A model generated the notes under the pieces. It searched no databases. It had not been told where the DNA came from and worked only from the letters and a program-made list of their open reading frames with translations. Of a DNA stretch of 54,679 nt, positions 18,873 to 30,265 are shown in pieces. Origin of the DNA: an uncultured Eubacteriales bacterium. GTDB lineage: Bacteria; Acidobacteriota; Aminicenantia; Aminicenantales; Aminicenantaceae. Numbering within the stretch: position 1 is the stretch's first letter; every line of letters begins with the position of its first letter. The DNA lies in NCBI GenBank assembly GCA_964540205.1, contig CAZIMJ010000011.1, positions 1-54,679 of the forward strand. The letters run 5' to 3'. A program made the translations under genes and the position numbers.

Positions 18873-19552
18873 TGTGATTTGTTTTTCTCCCTTCGAGCTT
18901 TTACCAAAATTGACTGCCCCTTCTGAGAATGGATTCCTAAAAATTTACATATCCGCCAAAATCTGACTCCCAGTCTCAATTTCTTGCCAAGCAGACAGAA
19001 ATAGATTTGCGGCATCAAGGTTAATGCTCTCGTAACAACAAAACCATTGTCGTTTAATAATTTTTTTAACTCACCTAAAGAAAATATGTGTTTATGATCC
19101 GGATCACAAAATATATCGAGATCCGGGTAATCATAATTCGGAGTTGCTAAGACCAAAAAACCATCTTCCTTTAAAACTCGTCTCCACGCTTGTAAGGCAG
19201 AGGCAACATCATCGAGATGCTCGATAAGATGTTCGCAGACGATTTTATTGAAACTGAACTCACGAAAGCCGAGTTTATCTGCAATTCCCTGTATCACTTG
19301 GCTTCCCACAACATTTTTCTTTGCTATCTTCACTACTTCCGGCGAGCAGTCTATCCCAATAGGTGTACACCCATATTTTTCCAACAGTCTCAACATAAAT
19401 CCTGCACCACAGCCGATCTCAAGAATTCTGTCGCTTTTTTGCGGTTTTAATAAGTTGATAATCTCTCCTCTTTCGACTTTCAATTCCAAGCACTTCTCTC
19501 TATTTCGGAAATAATCTTCATTATACATTGAAAATAATGGATCCTTTATCAA
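18869..19552 (-). CDS. Class I SAM-dependent methyltransferase
   Basis: ILEIGCGAG motif I, HLIEHL, RVLK..G.L.L.TPN. Confidence 0.9.
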   Translation of the reverse strand: MIKDPLFSMYNEDYFRNREKCLELKVERGEIINLLKPQKSDRILEIGCGAGFMLRLLEKYGCTPIGIDCSPEVVKIAKKNVVGSQVIQGIADKLGFREFSFNKIVCEHLIEHLDDVASALQAWRRVLKEDGFLVLATPNYDYPDLDIFCDPDHKHIFSLGELKKLLNDNGFVVTRALTLMPQIYFCLLGKKLRLGVRFWRICKFLGIHSQKGQSILVKARREKNKSQ

Positions 19553-19562
19553 ATGAATCAGT

Positions 19563-21017
19563 TCAAATTTCGGCTTTCCCTCTGATAATTTTTTTAAATA
19601 GATTCAAGTCTTCCTTTGGGAAAGCTCCAAGCAGTTGCAGTATTACAAAATACAAAACAGTCGCTAAAGTTACGAGTACAAAGAGGTTTGTGTTTTTGAA
19701 GAAATAGAGGAACATTCCCATCAACACCCCTGAGATGACTGGCCGCCATAGGTATCTTGGCAATGGGACTTTTTGAAAGTGCTTCGCTATAAACAAAAAA
19801 TATATGGTAAATCCAATGGATTCTGTGGCCAATGTCGCTATAGCCGCACCGATGTAACTGTATCCCGGGATCAAAATGAGATTAAGTACAATGTTCACCA
19901 CAGCATTTATTCCGGAGACTTTAGCGATGACCGCTTGTTTATCGATCGAACCCATAACATTCCCGAATAAATACGTTATAAACATCAGAGCTGCAACCCA
20001 GATGAGAATCCTGAGCGTGATAATGGATGGCATAAATCCCTCTCCGTAAATGAGTAAAATGATCTTTTCCGCGAGGATTGTTACTCCGACCGCTATAAGA
20101 AATCCAATTATTATCAGATACTTGAGTGCCTTTTCAAAGGCCCTCTGTAAAGCATCTTTAGATGATACATAATACCTGGAAATGATGGGAAAAAGCGCAT
20201 TGACAAAAGCCACTGGGAATATCTGTAACGCAAAAATCAGTTTGTATGCCGCATTATACCACCCCACAGGGGCATCTCCCTTCATGACAGACAGCATGAC
20301 CGTATCCACCTGGAAATAAATGATGACAAAAATATAGACCAATCCAAAAGGGAATGCCGCTTTTATAAGCTTTGTGCAAAATTTCCAATCCGTCTCAATG
20401 GCCGGTTTGACAATTCTTTTGACTGTCAGGAAAAAACTTGTCAGCACATTTATGATGCTGCCTGCCAAAAGAGCCAAAACTACTTCCCGCAACCCGTATC
20501 CTAGAATCAACGCCAGAATTCCAAATCCACACGCGACAATCCTTTCGAGAATAATAGTAGCTGATTCAAACTCCATCTTCTCATAGGCATTAAAAAGAGA
20601 ATTGATCAATCTGGCAAAGGAGTTCAGAACAACCGATAAACTGATGACATACACAGCAAAGGTGGTTTCTTCGGGATAGTCCATCCCATTGATCACGATA
20701 AAAATCAATCCGACTACGCCGAGAGATAGAAAAAATTTAATCAGGATGACATTGCTCAAATATTTTTTCGCTTTCTCTTTGTGTCTTGCGATTTCCCTGA
20801 TCATCAATTCTCGCAAGCCCAACTCCGAAAAAACAACGAACAATCCACAGAATGAAAGTGCAAAGGAATATCTTCCAAGTCCCACATCTCCCAGATAATT
20901 TGCAATAAAGACAATGAGGACAAATGACAACAATCTGCTGATCAGCTGTCCTGCCATAATGACCAATGTGTTCTTCGAAAAGGTTCTCAGTGGAGTTGAG
21001 GGGCTATCTTTTCCCAT
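19563..21017 (-). CDS. wzx: Wzx/PST-family polysaccharide flippase
   Basis: KNT....GQ start, LG...LG.YS, D..ML......VGWYNAA, LIP.YS.IGAAIAT; about 14 TM; start taken at ATG 21017. Confidence 0.9.
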   Translation of the reverse strand: MGKDSPSTPLRTFSKNTLVIMAGQLISRLLSFVLIVFIANYLGDVGLGRYSFALSFCGLFVVFSELGLRELMIREIARHKEKAKKYLSNVILIKFFLSLGVVGLIFIVINGMDYPEETTFAVYVISLSVVLNSFARLINSLFNAYEKMEFESATIILERIVACGFGILALILGYGLREVVLALLAGSIINVLTSFFLTVKRIVKPAIETDWKFCTKLIKAAFPFGLVYIFVIIYFQVDTVMLSVMKGDAPVGWYNAAYKLIFALQIFPVAFVNALFPIISRYYVSSKDALQRAFEKALKYLIIIGFLIAVGVTILAEKIILLIYGEGFMPSIITLRILIWVAALMFITYLFGNVMGSIDKQAVIAKVSGINAVVNIVLNLILIPGYSYIGAAIATLATESIGFTIYFLFIAKHFQKVPLPRYLWRPVISGVLMGMFLYFFKNTNLFVLVTLATVLYFVILQLLGAFPKEDLNLFKKIIRGKAEI

Positions 21018-21170
21018 GATTTTTTCTTTACTAAGATATAACATTTTTTTTAAAGTATTTTAAGCGGCAAAATTAGCGGTATTTAAAAGCGTAAAAATGG
21101 AAGGTCTGATTATAATAAGAAAGTTTAATGTTAATATTGAATATGATATGTTAGCTGGGGATAAATTAAC

Positions 21171-22115
21171 ATGATAATCTGCCCGATATGTCAAAAAAGT
21201 TCTGATGTGAAATTACAAAAAAAACATAATGAATACGATATATTATTTTGTTCAGAATGTATTATTCAATTTTCTCATCCAATGGAAAATCCCGGAAAGT
21301 TATATTACGAAAAGTGCAATATTTATGAAGGTCGTTCAACATATAGCCAGCTAGCATCCCCAGACCACGATTGGAGATTCCAGACTTTTTTTCAACTTTT
21401 ACATTTTAGTCAACCCTGTTCTATCTTGGATATCGGCTGTGGTGATGGCGGTTTTTTGTCTCTTGCTAATGAGAAAGGATTCGATGCATTTGGCTTGGAG
21501 ATGGACTCTCGCGCTGTCCAGATCGCAAAAAATATCCGCAAACTTGAAAATATTGAGTGTGGTGATTGGGAAAATCTTAAGAACACTGGATGGAAGGATT
21601 TTGATGTGATCACATTGTTTGATGTATTGGAACACATTGCATCACCGTATAATCTTATGAAGATTGTTTATAATTTGCTTAAGCCGGGTGGAATTGTGTG
21701 TATTACTGTTCCACGCATTGATCGGCTCCCAAGGATTTTTGATCCCGTCGCTGATTTTCCTCCACATCATTTTACTCTCTGGTCGTTAAATGCGCTTCAG
21801 GTCTTGTTGAAAAATACAGATTTTAAGGTGATTGATCTAAAAGAAAAGAATCTGGGCATAGATGATTGTTTGATCCATTTAAAATGGAGACTAAAACGCC
21901 TAAGAAAGAGCTCAGGTGAATATATTTCTAGTAAACAGCCTTCCAAATCATCACATTCGATAAATGATTCGGCTGATATAAAGATTAGAAAGAAAAGCCA
22001 TTTCACCAAACGATCAATTTTTTTTATCATGATGGGATTAAACAGAATACTCCGGCCCCTTCACATTGGAAAGGGACAGACAATTCTCGCAATAGCAAAA
22101 AAGGATAGTTTCTGA
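21171..22115 (+). CDS. Class I SAM-dependent methyltransferase with N-terminal zinc ribbon
   Basis: CPIC...CSEC, ILDIGCGDG, FDVLEHI, LLKPGG, PPHH. Confidence 0.9.
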   Translation: MIICPICQKSSDVKLQKKHNEYDILFCSECIIQFSHPMENPGKLYYEKCNIYEGRSTYSQLASPDHDWRFQTFFQLLHFSQPCSILDIGCGDGGFLSLANEKGFDAFGLEMDSRAVQIAKNIRKLENIECGDWENLKNTGWKDFDVITLFDVLEHIASPYNLMKIVYNLLKPGGIVCITVPRIDRLPRIFDPVADFPPHHFTLWSLNALQVLLKNTDFKVIDLKEKNLGIDDCLIHLKWRLKRLRKSSGEYISSKQPSKSSHSINDSADIKIRKKSHFTKRSIFFIMMGLNRILRPLHIGKGQTILAIAKKDSF

Positions 22116-22328
22116 AGAGATGCCATAGCAATAATGAACTCGATAAAAAATATTTACAAATATTAAAATGATTTTCATTGACATTAAAGGAAAGTTTATG
22201 AAAATAAGGTCAGGATGGGTGACATATCTTTTCAAACAAAAGTACGTTACTCTTTATTGTCGTTATCAATTGAATCTGATTTTCTAGGAAATTGGAGACT
22301 TTTGGTATTTTTCTAAGAGGGAGACAAA

Positions 22329-23321
22329 ATGGAAGCAAAGAATTTCGAACTCATCGATTACCTCAAAGTGATATGGGAAAGAAGATGGCTCATTATATCC
22401 GGAACATTTCTTGTGGTTGTTATCACGGGAATTACAAGTTTTCTCATGAAACCCGTTTACGAAATCGATACCATTCTCCAGCCCGGGATGTCTTTCTTCC
22501 AGTCTAGTGATGGTGATTTTAAAAAATTCTCTATGGAACCGCCTATCCAAATTGCAGATATCGTGAGGCACGGGTCTTATAATGTTTTGCTCGCAGCAGA
22601 TCTCGAAACCGAAGAAATCGAAATCCCGAATATTGAAGCGATGAATATCAGAGGAACTTATTTGATCCGAATCTGGCTCGAAGAAAGTGATGTCGATTTC
22701 GGAAAGAAGATCTTAGACAAGTTGACCATGTATCTAAAGGAAGACATGGATGCAAAAATCGATGTCGAGATCAACAATTTCGATACTTTGATCAAAACCA
22801 ATGAAATTGAGAAAGAAGGATCCAGCAAAGAAATCGACATATTAAAAACAAAGCTAAAAATTTTCGCACAGCGAGAAAAAAATATTCAGATGGAAATGGA
22901 ATCTGTCAAGAACAAGATCCAGGAGCTGGAAAAAGAACAACTGATAATTCTCAAAAAAGAGAACAGGAGTGAAACGGAGAGCTTGGGGATGTTACTTTTC
23001 TCCAATGAAATTCAGCAGAGTTTGTATTACTACGACATACTAAACGAAAAGCTTAGCAAAGAGAGAAGGAGTGAAGCAGATATTCAATCGAGTATCCAGA
23101 AAGAATTATCCAACATCGCAAAGAAAGACACGATAATCGCCAATTTGAAAGAAAGAAAGGGTAATATTGAATATACAAAAGTAATCAAAGGGCCGACACC
23201 CTCAACCTATCCCAAGTCCCCTAAAAAAAAGCTAAATATTATCTTGGCTTTTTTTCTTGGAATGATGATTTTCACCATGGTCGCATTCTTCATAGATTAT
23301 CTCGAAAAAAGCAAAAAATGA
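22329..23321 (+). CDS. wzz: Wzz-like chain-length determinant (polysaccharide co-polymerase)
   Basis: ELIDYLKVIW plus TM, long coiled coil, P..P..PKSPKKKL plus C-terminal TM; SD GAGGGAG. Confidence 0.85.
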   Translation: MEAKNFELIDYLKVIWERRWLIISGTFLVVVITGITSFLMKPVYEIDTILQPGMSFFQSSDGDFKKFSMEPPIQIADIVRHGSYNVLLAADLETEEIEIPNIEAMNIRGTYLIRIWLEESDVDFGKKILDKLTMYLKEDMDAKIDVEINNFDTLIKTNEIEKEGSSKEIDILKTKLKIFAQREKNIQMEMESVKNKIQELEKEQLIILKKENRSETESLGMLLFSNEIQQSLYYYDILNEKLSKERRSEADIQSSIQKELSNIAKKDTIIANLKERKGNIEYTKVIKGPTPSTYPKSPKKKLNIILAFFLGMMIFTMVAFFIDYLEKSKK

Positions 23322-23341
23322 TCTAGAGTCTATTTCTGCAC

Positions 23342-24451
23342 CTAAGCTTGTTCATAGATTTCACGCGTTTTATTTGCGGTTTTTTCCCACTTGAAACCTT
23401 TTGCCCTTTGTAATCCCTTCTCTTTCAGTTCTTCCTGCAACGAAGCATTCATGATAACCTGAAGTATCGCCCGGCCGATTGCTTCTTCGTCATCGGGATT
23501 CACCAGTATGGCAGACTCTCCGACAACTTCGGGAAGAGATGTCACATTTGAAGTTATAACCGGACAACCACACGCCATCGCCTCCAGTGGTGGGAATCCA
23601 AATCCCTCAAACACAGATGGATACACAAAGACCTCAGCTGCGCTATAGAGATAAGGCAGTTCCTCTTCAGGGACGTATCCCGTGAAAATAATATCTTTTC
23701 CATACTTGGAATTGTTGATATCTCTGATGACATTTTCCGCCAAAAAATCTTTGTGGCCCCCAAGAACCAGATTGAGTATCAAGGAATGGCTTTCTCTCAA
23801 TTTTTCGAATATTTTAATGATTTTGGAGAGATTTTTCCTGATGTTAATCCGGCTGAGAGAAAGAATGTATTTGTGTGTGATGTTATACTTCTTCAAGATC
23901 CTCTCGGTTTTTTCCGAGCGCTCACTGGGCTGGAAAAGAGAAGAAACGGCATAGGGCGTCACAACGATTTTTTCAGGATCGATCCCACAGAGCCTTTCAA
24001 TGTCGCTCCTCGAATAGTCAGAGCCTGTGATGATCTTATTTGCTTTCTTTGCATTCAGTGGAATTAAGATCTTGGACCGGTATCTCTCAAATACGCTAAA
24101 ACTTCGAGGGATATGAAAAAATGCCAAGTCATGGATTGTCACGACCAATTTGCCTTTGTGTGCAAAGGGCGCGATGTACTGCACATGGAGTAGATCCAAA
24201 GAGTCATTGAAAGTCTGCTTTGCCAAAGAATAAGGAATGCGGATCAAAGGATTCTTGGGTTTCATGATTCTCAGGTAAAAATTGTCAACATCCTTCAAGA
24301 ATTCATAGAATGGATGCCCTGGGTCCGTTATGTAAAGGATATATTCATTGTGTTGGTCGACTTCGGTCAATCCGTGAATCAAACCTCTAATATAAGTGCA
24401 ATTGCCCGTTCCGTCCCGTTCAGCCGAATGAGCGTCGATTCCGATTCTCAT
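23342..24451 (-). CDS. Glycosyltransferase family 4 (mannosyltransferase-like)
   Basis: [31 protein letters not shown]. Confidence 0.93.
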   Translation of the reverse strand: MRIGIDAHSAERDGTGNCTYIRGLIHGLTEVDQHNEYILYITDPGHPFYEFLKDVDNFYLRIMKPKNPLIRIPYSLAKQTFNDSLDLLHVQYIAPFAHKGKLVVTIHDLAFFHIPRSFSVFERYRSKILIPLNAKKANKIITGSDYSRSDIERLCGIDPEKIVVTPYAVSSLFQPSERSEKTERILKKYNITHKYILSLSRINIRKNLSKIIKIFEKLRESHSLILNLVLGGHKDFLAENVIRDINNSKYGKDIIFTGYVPEEELPYLYSAAEVFVYPSVFEGFGFPPLEAMACGCPVITSNVTSLPEVVGESAILVNPDDEEAIGRAILQVIMNASLQEELKEKGLQRAKGFKWEKTANKTREIYEQA

Positions 24452-24488
24452 CTTTTATTCCTTTTGAGATTGTATCGATTGACCATCT

Positions 24489-25925
24489 TTATGAGTGTTC
24501 CTGAGCGACTTTTATTCCGGCCAAATTTAGAGCGAGAAAGACCCATGTAAAAGGTATCCATAATCCATTTGTGGCCAAGTATGAGATAAAAAGAGCTAAA
24601 ACTCCCCCGAACAGAGCAAAATTTATGATCTGGAAATCAGAATCTAATGTTGGAATATTTCTTATGTTAAACCTCACATATTTAACAAAGAGAAGTACAA
24701 ATAAAAGCAGCCCAACCACACCTGTATCAGTGAGAAGGCTCACCGGAAGGCTGTACGTGTATTCAAGATTTACGAGAGAGGAAAGTCCCTCATCAACCAT
24801 TTCATCATACTCTTCGGTGCCCTCTTCGACTATCGGACTTCCGGGTCCATTCCCGAAAATCGGATTTTTCAAAAAAGATTTAATCGCATATTTTGAGGTT
24901 ATAAAGCGCGTTGGAAATATTGAAGTTGAAGGGCTTGCCTCCACAGCCAATCGCTGTCTGATGATGGAATTTACAGAAGGAGAGAAGGAAAAAACCAATA
25001 AAATCATTAAGAGAGAGAGAAATGAGAGTTTATACAAAATGTCGAACTTTACGTTTTTTAGCTTCATGATATTCCTGACAATCACCAAAATGACTAACGC
25101 ACACACGAATCCCACCCAACTTGCTCGCACAAAACTGAAAAAAAGTCCGGTTAAAGACAGAATCATTCCTCCGAGATAGAGCTTCCTCTTTTTAGAGGGA
25201 TCGAAGGAATAGAGAATGAGACACAGAATCGCGAAGAACATGGCAATGGCCCCGTACCAGTCCGGCTCGAAAAGAGTTCCATATGGTCGTCCCCAAGGAG
25301 AATTTAAATATTCCTGCTGCATTATCCCGGAATGGCCGATGGAAAATCCCGTACCCAGATAAGTATTGCTCATTCCAGCTACAACCTGGTACAAGCCGTA
25401 AGCTATTTCTGCCAATCCGACAAACACCATCAGTTTGAAGACCTTGAGAAATAACTCTTTTGTGGTCACAAAATTGATTACAACATAATACAACAGAGCC
25501 AAGCTCAAGAGTAGAATGCTGATTTTCAAGCTCCTGTTCAGTGAAGTGGAATTCTTAAGAGCCAAAAAATTAATCCCAATATACATCCAGAGATAAATAT
25601 CTAAAGGCGTTTTGTTCAACTGGATCTTCCGGGAACCAAATAAAATAAGTAAAACCATCAGAGCCACAGATGCAATAATTTGACTGGATCTAATTCGGGC
25701 TCCGTACAATTCGAACGAGAAAACATCGGCTTCGAAAAAAAGAGTGAGAATGATCAAATATATGGCGAGTTCCTTCTTTAAAAGAAAAACTGTCAGGCCT
25801 CCGAAAAATGCGACACCACCCGCAACCAGGAGGGGTTTGAAGGAAAGCATGATTCCTAAAAATAAAGCAACTCCGACAACAGCAAGGAAGACAAATTTTT
25901 TTTTGACAGGAATTTTATTACTCAT
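24489..25925 (-). CDS. O-antigen ligase/Wzy polymerase family membrane protein
   Basis: About 12 TM, RPYGTLFEPD, SFVRASW, NPIFGNGPG, TG.VG. Confidence 0.8.
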   Translation of the reverse strand: MSNKIPVKKKFVFLAVVGVALFLGIMLSFKPLLVAGGVAFFGGLTVFLLKKELAIYLIILTLFFEADVFSFELYGARIRSSQIIASVALMVLLILFGSRKIQLNKTPLDIYLWMYIGINFLALKNSTSLNRSLKISILLLSLALLYYVVINFVTTKELFLKVFKLMVFVGLAEIAYGLYQVVAGMSNTYLGTGFSIGHSGIMQQEYLNSPWGRPYGTLFEPDWYGAIAMFFAILCLILYSFDPSKKRKLYLGGMILSLTGLFFSFVRASWVGFVCALVILVIVRNIMKLKNVKFDILYKLSFLSLLMILLVFSFSPSVNSIIRQRLAVEASPSTSIFPTRFITSKYAIKSFLKNPIFGNGPGSPIVEEGTEEYDEMVDEGLSSLVNLEYTYSLPVSLLTDTGVVGLLLFVLLFVKYVRFNIRNIPTLDSDFQIINFALFGGVLALFISYLATNGLWIPFTWVFLALNLAGIKVAQEHS

Positions 25926-26173
25926 CGATACTGGGTAACAGAAGATAATTAAAACTTAACTGTCAATAAAATTCAATGATTTTGCGACAAAAAAAATATA
26001 TCCAATTATGGGCCCTCGGACTTGATATGATATGACAAGAAAGATTAGAATGATAACTTGAAATTATTGGACAAACAAATTGTTGCAATTCTACAAAACA
26101 TATGATGACTGATGCTCTTGGATTTATTTTATAAAATCGAAAAAAAACCAATTATCAGAATGGGAACATCTGA

Positions 26174-27280
26174 ATGAAAATATCTATTGTTGGATCACGC
26201 GGATATCCATACGTTTACAGCGGCTTTGAGACATTTGTGAAGGAGTTGTCCGAGAGGCTTGCGAAAAAAGGACATGACATCACTGTATACTGCCATCGTA
26301 ACCTGTTCAAAACACGTCCCAAAATTGTCAATAATATTCACTTGGTCTATATACCCACTATAGAGAAAAAAATATTGAGTCAGTTTGTGCATTCTTCCCA
26401 GGCCATGATTCACGCATGCTTGCAAAAAAATGACATCATTCTGGTTGTTAATCCAGCCAACGGACCATTCGGTATTTTCGCTAAAATATTCCGTAAAAGA
26501 ACTGCGATTAATGTGGATGGTGTGGAATGGATGAGGCCCAAATGGAAAGGATTTGGACAAAAGTACTTTTACTGGGCCTGCAAAATGGCTACTCGATTTT
26601 ATGATGAGATCATCACTGATTCTGTGGAAATGCAGAAAATTTATGAAAAGGAATTCAATCGTCATTCAACTTATATTGCCTATGGAGCCAACATTGAGGA
26701 GCCAATAAATCATGGCTGCATCAAGAAATGGGATCTGCGTGAATTCGAGTACTACCTTATTGTCGGCAGGCTCATACCGGATAATAATGTCGATGTGATC
26801 ATTCGAGAATTCGCCAAGACTGACACACAGAGAAAGTTAGTTATCGTGGGGGGGGTACCGTATAAAGATTCTTTCGCACAAAGCGCAAAAGCATCCGATG
26901 ATTCAAGAATAATTTTTACTGGATATATCCGTGATCAGAATGAACTGGGAGATTTATACAATAATTGCTATGCATACTTCCATGGCCACGAATTTGGCGG
27001 CACTAATCCGTCATTGCTCAAAGCTCTTGCCCATAGCTGTGCTGTGTGTTCCCTCGACACCGTATTCAACAGGGAAGTTTTACAAAATGGGGAATACGGA
27101 ATCTTCTTCTCAAAAATCCCCGATGATCTGGGAAATGTCATCCAACAAATGGAAAATCATCCGGAGCGTCTCAAGAAATTGAGGGAAAAATCAAAGCAAA
27201 GGATACGTGAAAATTATACGTGGGGAAAGATCATCGAACAGTATACAGAATTGTTCAGGAAAATGATCGAGGATAGCTAA
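26174..27280 (+). CDS. Glycosyltransferase family 4 (DUF1972/rhamnosyltransferase-like)
   Basis: IVGSRG.P..YSGFETF, NVDG.EW.R.KW, VGRL.P.NN, HGHE.GGTNPSLL. Confidence 0.9.
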   Translation: MKISIVGSRGYPYVYSGFETFVKELSERLAKKGHDITVYCHRNLFKTRPKIVNNIHLVYIPTIEKKILSQFVHSSQAMIHACLQKNDIILVVNPANGPFGIFAKIFRKRTAINVDGVEWMRPKWKGFGQKYFYWACKMATRFYDEIITDSVEMQKIYEKEFNRHSTYIAYGANIEEPINHGCIKKWDLREFEYYLIVGRLIPDNNVDVIIREFAKTDTQRKLVIVGGVPYKDSFAQSAKASDDSRIIFTGYIRDQNELGDLYNNCYAYFHGHEFGGTNPSLLKALAHSCAVCSLDTVFNREVLQNGEYGIFFSKIPDDLGNVIQQMENHPERLKKLREKSKQRIRENYTWGKIIEQYTELFRKMIEDS

Positions 27281-28695
27281 TGCAAGCTCTCCGCAAAACA
27301 TATTTATACTTGAAGATCTCCATCGACCTGCTTCTGCTGGCCATCTCTTATTCCATCTCTTCCTTCTTAGTGAACTATCGCATAGATTCGGATACAAAAT
27401 TCCTCGATATTGAGACAGAGGAAATTTTACTTTTTGTAGTCTTTTATTTAATCTGGTATTTTTCCGCCAAAGCTTCCGGGCTGTACGATGAATTCCGATC
27501 GCGCACAACGAGTTTTGAGCTTATCGCGGTCTTTAAGTGCAGTTCCATCCAACTCATATCGGCAGTCTTCATTCTTTATATGACCAATATTCTTGTGATA
27601 TCCAGGTTTTTTGTTGTGACTTACTTCCTTCTTCAATTAATACTGATAAGTCTATGGAAAATCGGATTACGCATGGTATTGATAAGGATACGGAAAAAAG
27701 GCCGCAACTTGCGGAGCATGCTGATTGTGGGAGCTGGAGAGGTTGGGAATGCATTCTATAAAACCATCATTTCATATCCCCAGATGGGCTACTTTGTAAT
27801 CGGCTTTCTGGATGACCAGGATAAATCCGGTCTTGGAAAAGATTATTTGGGGACTATTGACAATCTCGAAAACGTTCTTCAAAACGAAGTCGTGGATGAG
27901 GTGGTCATCACCTTGCCCAACGATGCATTAGACCGGATCGATCAAGTTATCTCTTGCTGTGAAAAATTTCCGACCAATGTGAGAATCATTCCTGATTATT
28001 TCCGGTTCTTCGCTCCCCGATTCAATGTCTCCATTGTTGGAAACTTCCCGATTATCTCAATAAGGGCCAATCCTCTGGAGGAAATGCACTTGCGTCTCCT
28101 CAAAAGAGCTTTTGATTTCGTGATCAGCACACTCTGTTTTGTTCTGATATTTTTTTGGCTATGGCCGATTCTCGCAATCAGTGTGAAGCTTTCATCTCCA
28201 GGCCCTGTTTTTTTTAAACAGGAAAGATGGGGGAGGAAGAATAAAAAAATTATTTGCTACAAGTTCCGTTCTATGGTCAAAGACAGCAAGGATGTGGATG
28301 AAAACGGGAAATACATGCAAGCGTCAAAGGATGACTCGCGGGTAACACCTATCGGTAGATTTTTGCGGAAAACGAATCTAGATGAGCTCCCCCAATTCCT
28401 GAATGTTCTGAAAGGGGAGATGTCGGTCGTAGGCCCCCGTCCTCATCCGACTCCACTCAACCTTGAATCAAAAAATAACATCCACCATTACATGCTGCGG
28501 CATCTTGTTAAACCCGGAATTACTGGCTGGGCACAGGTCAATGGCTATCGCGGAGAAACGTCTGGGCCACATTCGATGCAAAAACGCGTGGAGCATGATA
28601 TCTGGTATATTGAAAACTGGTCGATCTGGCTAGATATTCAAATTATTCTTATGACTATCTGGAAAATGTTCGCAGGGAATCCTGAAGCCTATTAG
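27280..28695 (+). CDS. Undecaprenyl-phosphate glucose-1-phosphate transferase (WcaJ-like priming phosphoglycosyltransferase)
   Basis: TM N-terminus, IVGAG CoA-binding-like domain, KRAFD, YKFRSM, LDELPQ, GPRPH, KPGITGWAQVNG.RG. Confidence 0.92.
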   Translation: MQALRKTYLYLKISIDLLLLAISYSISSFLVNYRIDSDTKFLDIETEEILLFVVFYLIWYFSAKASGLYDEFRSRTTSFELIAVFKCSSIQLISAVFILYMTNILVISRFFVVTYFLLQLILISLWKIGLRMVLIRIRKKGRNLRSMLIVGAGEVGNAFYKTIISYPQMGYFVIGFLDDQDKSGLGKDYLGTIDNLENVLQNEVVDEVVITLPNDALDRIDQVISCCEKFPTNVRIIPDYFRFFAPRFNVSIVGNFPIISIRANPLEEMHLRLLKRAFDFVISTLCFVLIFFWLWPILAISVKLSSPGPVFFKQERWGRKNKKIICYKFRSMVKDSKDVDENGKYMQASKDDSRVTPIGRFLRKTNLDELPQFLNVLKGEMSVVGPRPHPTPLNLESKNNIHHYMLRHLVKPGITGWAQVNGYRGETSGPHSMQKRVEHDIWYIENWSIWLDIQIILMTIWKMFAGNPEAY

Positions 28696-28795
28696 GAAGA
28701 TATTACGACTGGTATAGCCTAAATGAATGCGATATAATCCAGATGAACTGAAATCTTTTATATATTGTTTGTTTTCACATTTCTAAAAACAACAG

Positions 28796-30256
28796 ATGCC
28801 TCCCAAAAAAGAAACCCTGCAGTTAACCACCCAAAAGAAAGTTCTATCTCTACTCATTCTGATACTATCAGATTTTATGGTCGTAATTCTCAGCCTTTTG
28901 CTTGCTTATCTTGTCCGTAGTTCACTCCTGCCTGGAATTTTAAGAGCATATAAACAGATTTGGCTCGCGCCTTTTAGTTATTATCTCCAATTTTTCTACT
29001 TTGCGGGGATATGGATCGTGATATTTGCCAACGAAAAGCTATACACAAAAAGGTTTCCGCTCTGGGAGGAAGTTAAAATCCTTTTAAAGAGCACAACCAT
29101 ATCATCCTCTTTAATCATGATCATGATTTTTGTAGCTAGAATGCAGTTAGAATTCTCGAGAACTATAGTTATCACGGTCTGGATCCTGAGCCTATTTTTA
29201 TTTCCCCTTTTCCGGTTCTTAACAAAAACTCTATTGGTGAAATTCAATCTCTGGAAAAAGAACCTCCTCATAATAGGAGTTATGCAGACGGCCTTGCTCG
29301 TCCTCAAATGCATTCAAAAAAATAAAACCATGGGATATGAGGTCTTAGGTTTTCTAGATGATGATCCCGCGAAAATCGGAAAGACATATGGGGGCGTAAA
29401 AGTCCTTGGCCCTATCTCTGAGCAGGAAAATATTGCCAAGACCTATGGATCTAAAGACATTATGGTTTCAACTCCAACTTTACCAAGAGAAAAGCTAAAA
29501 GAACTGCTTGTAAAATGCGAGATTATCAGTGAATCACTGTGGCTCATTCCGCGCACTGGAGATTTTATTACAGAAGGTGTAGAAATAAACCCTTTGGGAG
29601 AAGTCTTTGTACTTCGTATTAAGAGAAATCTTACCAAACCCTGGAATATTCTTTTAAAAAATCTATTCGATATAACATTAACAATTATTCTCATAATTTT
29701 TACTCTGCCTCTCATGTTTGTAATTTCTTTAGCCATAAAATTAAACTCGAAAGGTCCTGTGTTATTTATTCAAGAAAGATTAGGACAGAGAGAGAAGCCT
29801 TTTAATTTGTTTAAATTCCGGTCCATGTACATAAATAGTAACCAACTTCTATCCGAATATCTGGAGGAAAATCCTGAATCAAAAGAAGAATGGAGAAAAT
29901 ACAAGAAACTTAAGAATTATGACCCACGCATCACCAAGGTTGGCAGATTCCTCAGGAAATACAGCCTGGATGAATTCCCCCAACTTTTTAATATCATTCA
30001 AGGAAAAATGAGCCTTGTTGGTCCTCGACCATATTTATTGGAGGAATTGGAGGGGAAAGAGTCATTCAAACATACAGTATCCAGGGTAAAACCAGGAATT
30101 ACTGGATTCTGGCAAACAAGTGGAAGATCAGAGCTTCATTTTGATAAGAGGATCGCACTTGATGAATTCTACATTCGTAATTGGTCCTCATGGCTAGACA
30201 TGACAATTTTGATGAAGAGCATAAAGATCTGGTTATCAGGGAAAGGCGCTTATTGA
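28796..30256 (+). CDS. wbaP: Undecaprenyl-phosphate galactose-1-phosphate transferase (WbaP-like priming phosphoglycosyltransferase)
   Basis: KFRSM....LSEYLEENPE..EEW...KKLKN.DPRIT (WbaP-type insert), LDEFPQ, GPRPY, KPGITGFWQ.SGR, ends GKGAY. Confidence 0.88.
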   Translation: MPPKKETLQLTTQKKVLSLLILILSDFMVVILSLLLAYLVRSSLLPGILRAYKQIWLAPFSYYLQFFYFAGIWIVIFANEKLYTKRFPLWEEVKILLKSTTISSSLIMIMIFVARMQLEFSRTIVITVWILSLFLFPLFRFLTKTLLVKFNLWKKNLLIIGVMQTALLVLKCIQKNKTMGYEVLGFLDDDPAKIGKTYGGVKVLGPISEQENIAKTYGSKDIMVSTPTLPREKLKELLVKCEIISESLWLIPRTGDFITEGVEINPLGEVFVLRIKRNLTKPWNILLKNLFDITLTIILIIFTLPLMFVISLAIKLNSKGPVLFIQERLGQREKPFNLFKFRSMYINSNQLLSEYLEENPESKEEWRKYKKLKNYDPRITKVGRFLRKYSLDEFPQLFNIIQGKMSLVGPRPYLLEELEGKESFKHTVSRVKPGITGFWQTSGRSELHFDKRIALDEFYIRNWSSWLDMTILMKSIKIWLSGKGAY

Positions 30257-30265
30257 TCGAAAAAC

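Noticed and set aside
24571-25179. 202-aa plus-strand ORF (and similarly 49889-50350, 50266-50784)
   Set aside because: Antisense to well-supported genes; the Lys/Asn-rich composition of 24571-25179 is what the reverse strand of hydrophobic codons gives.
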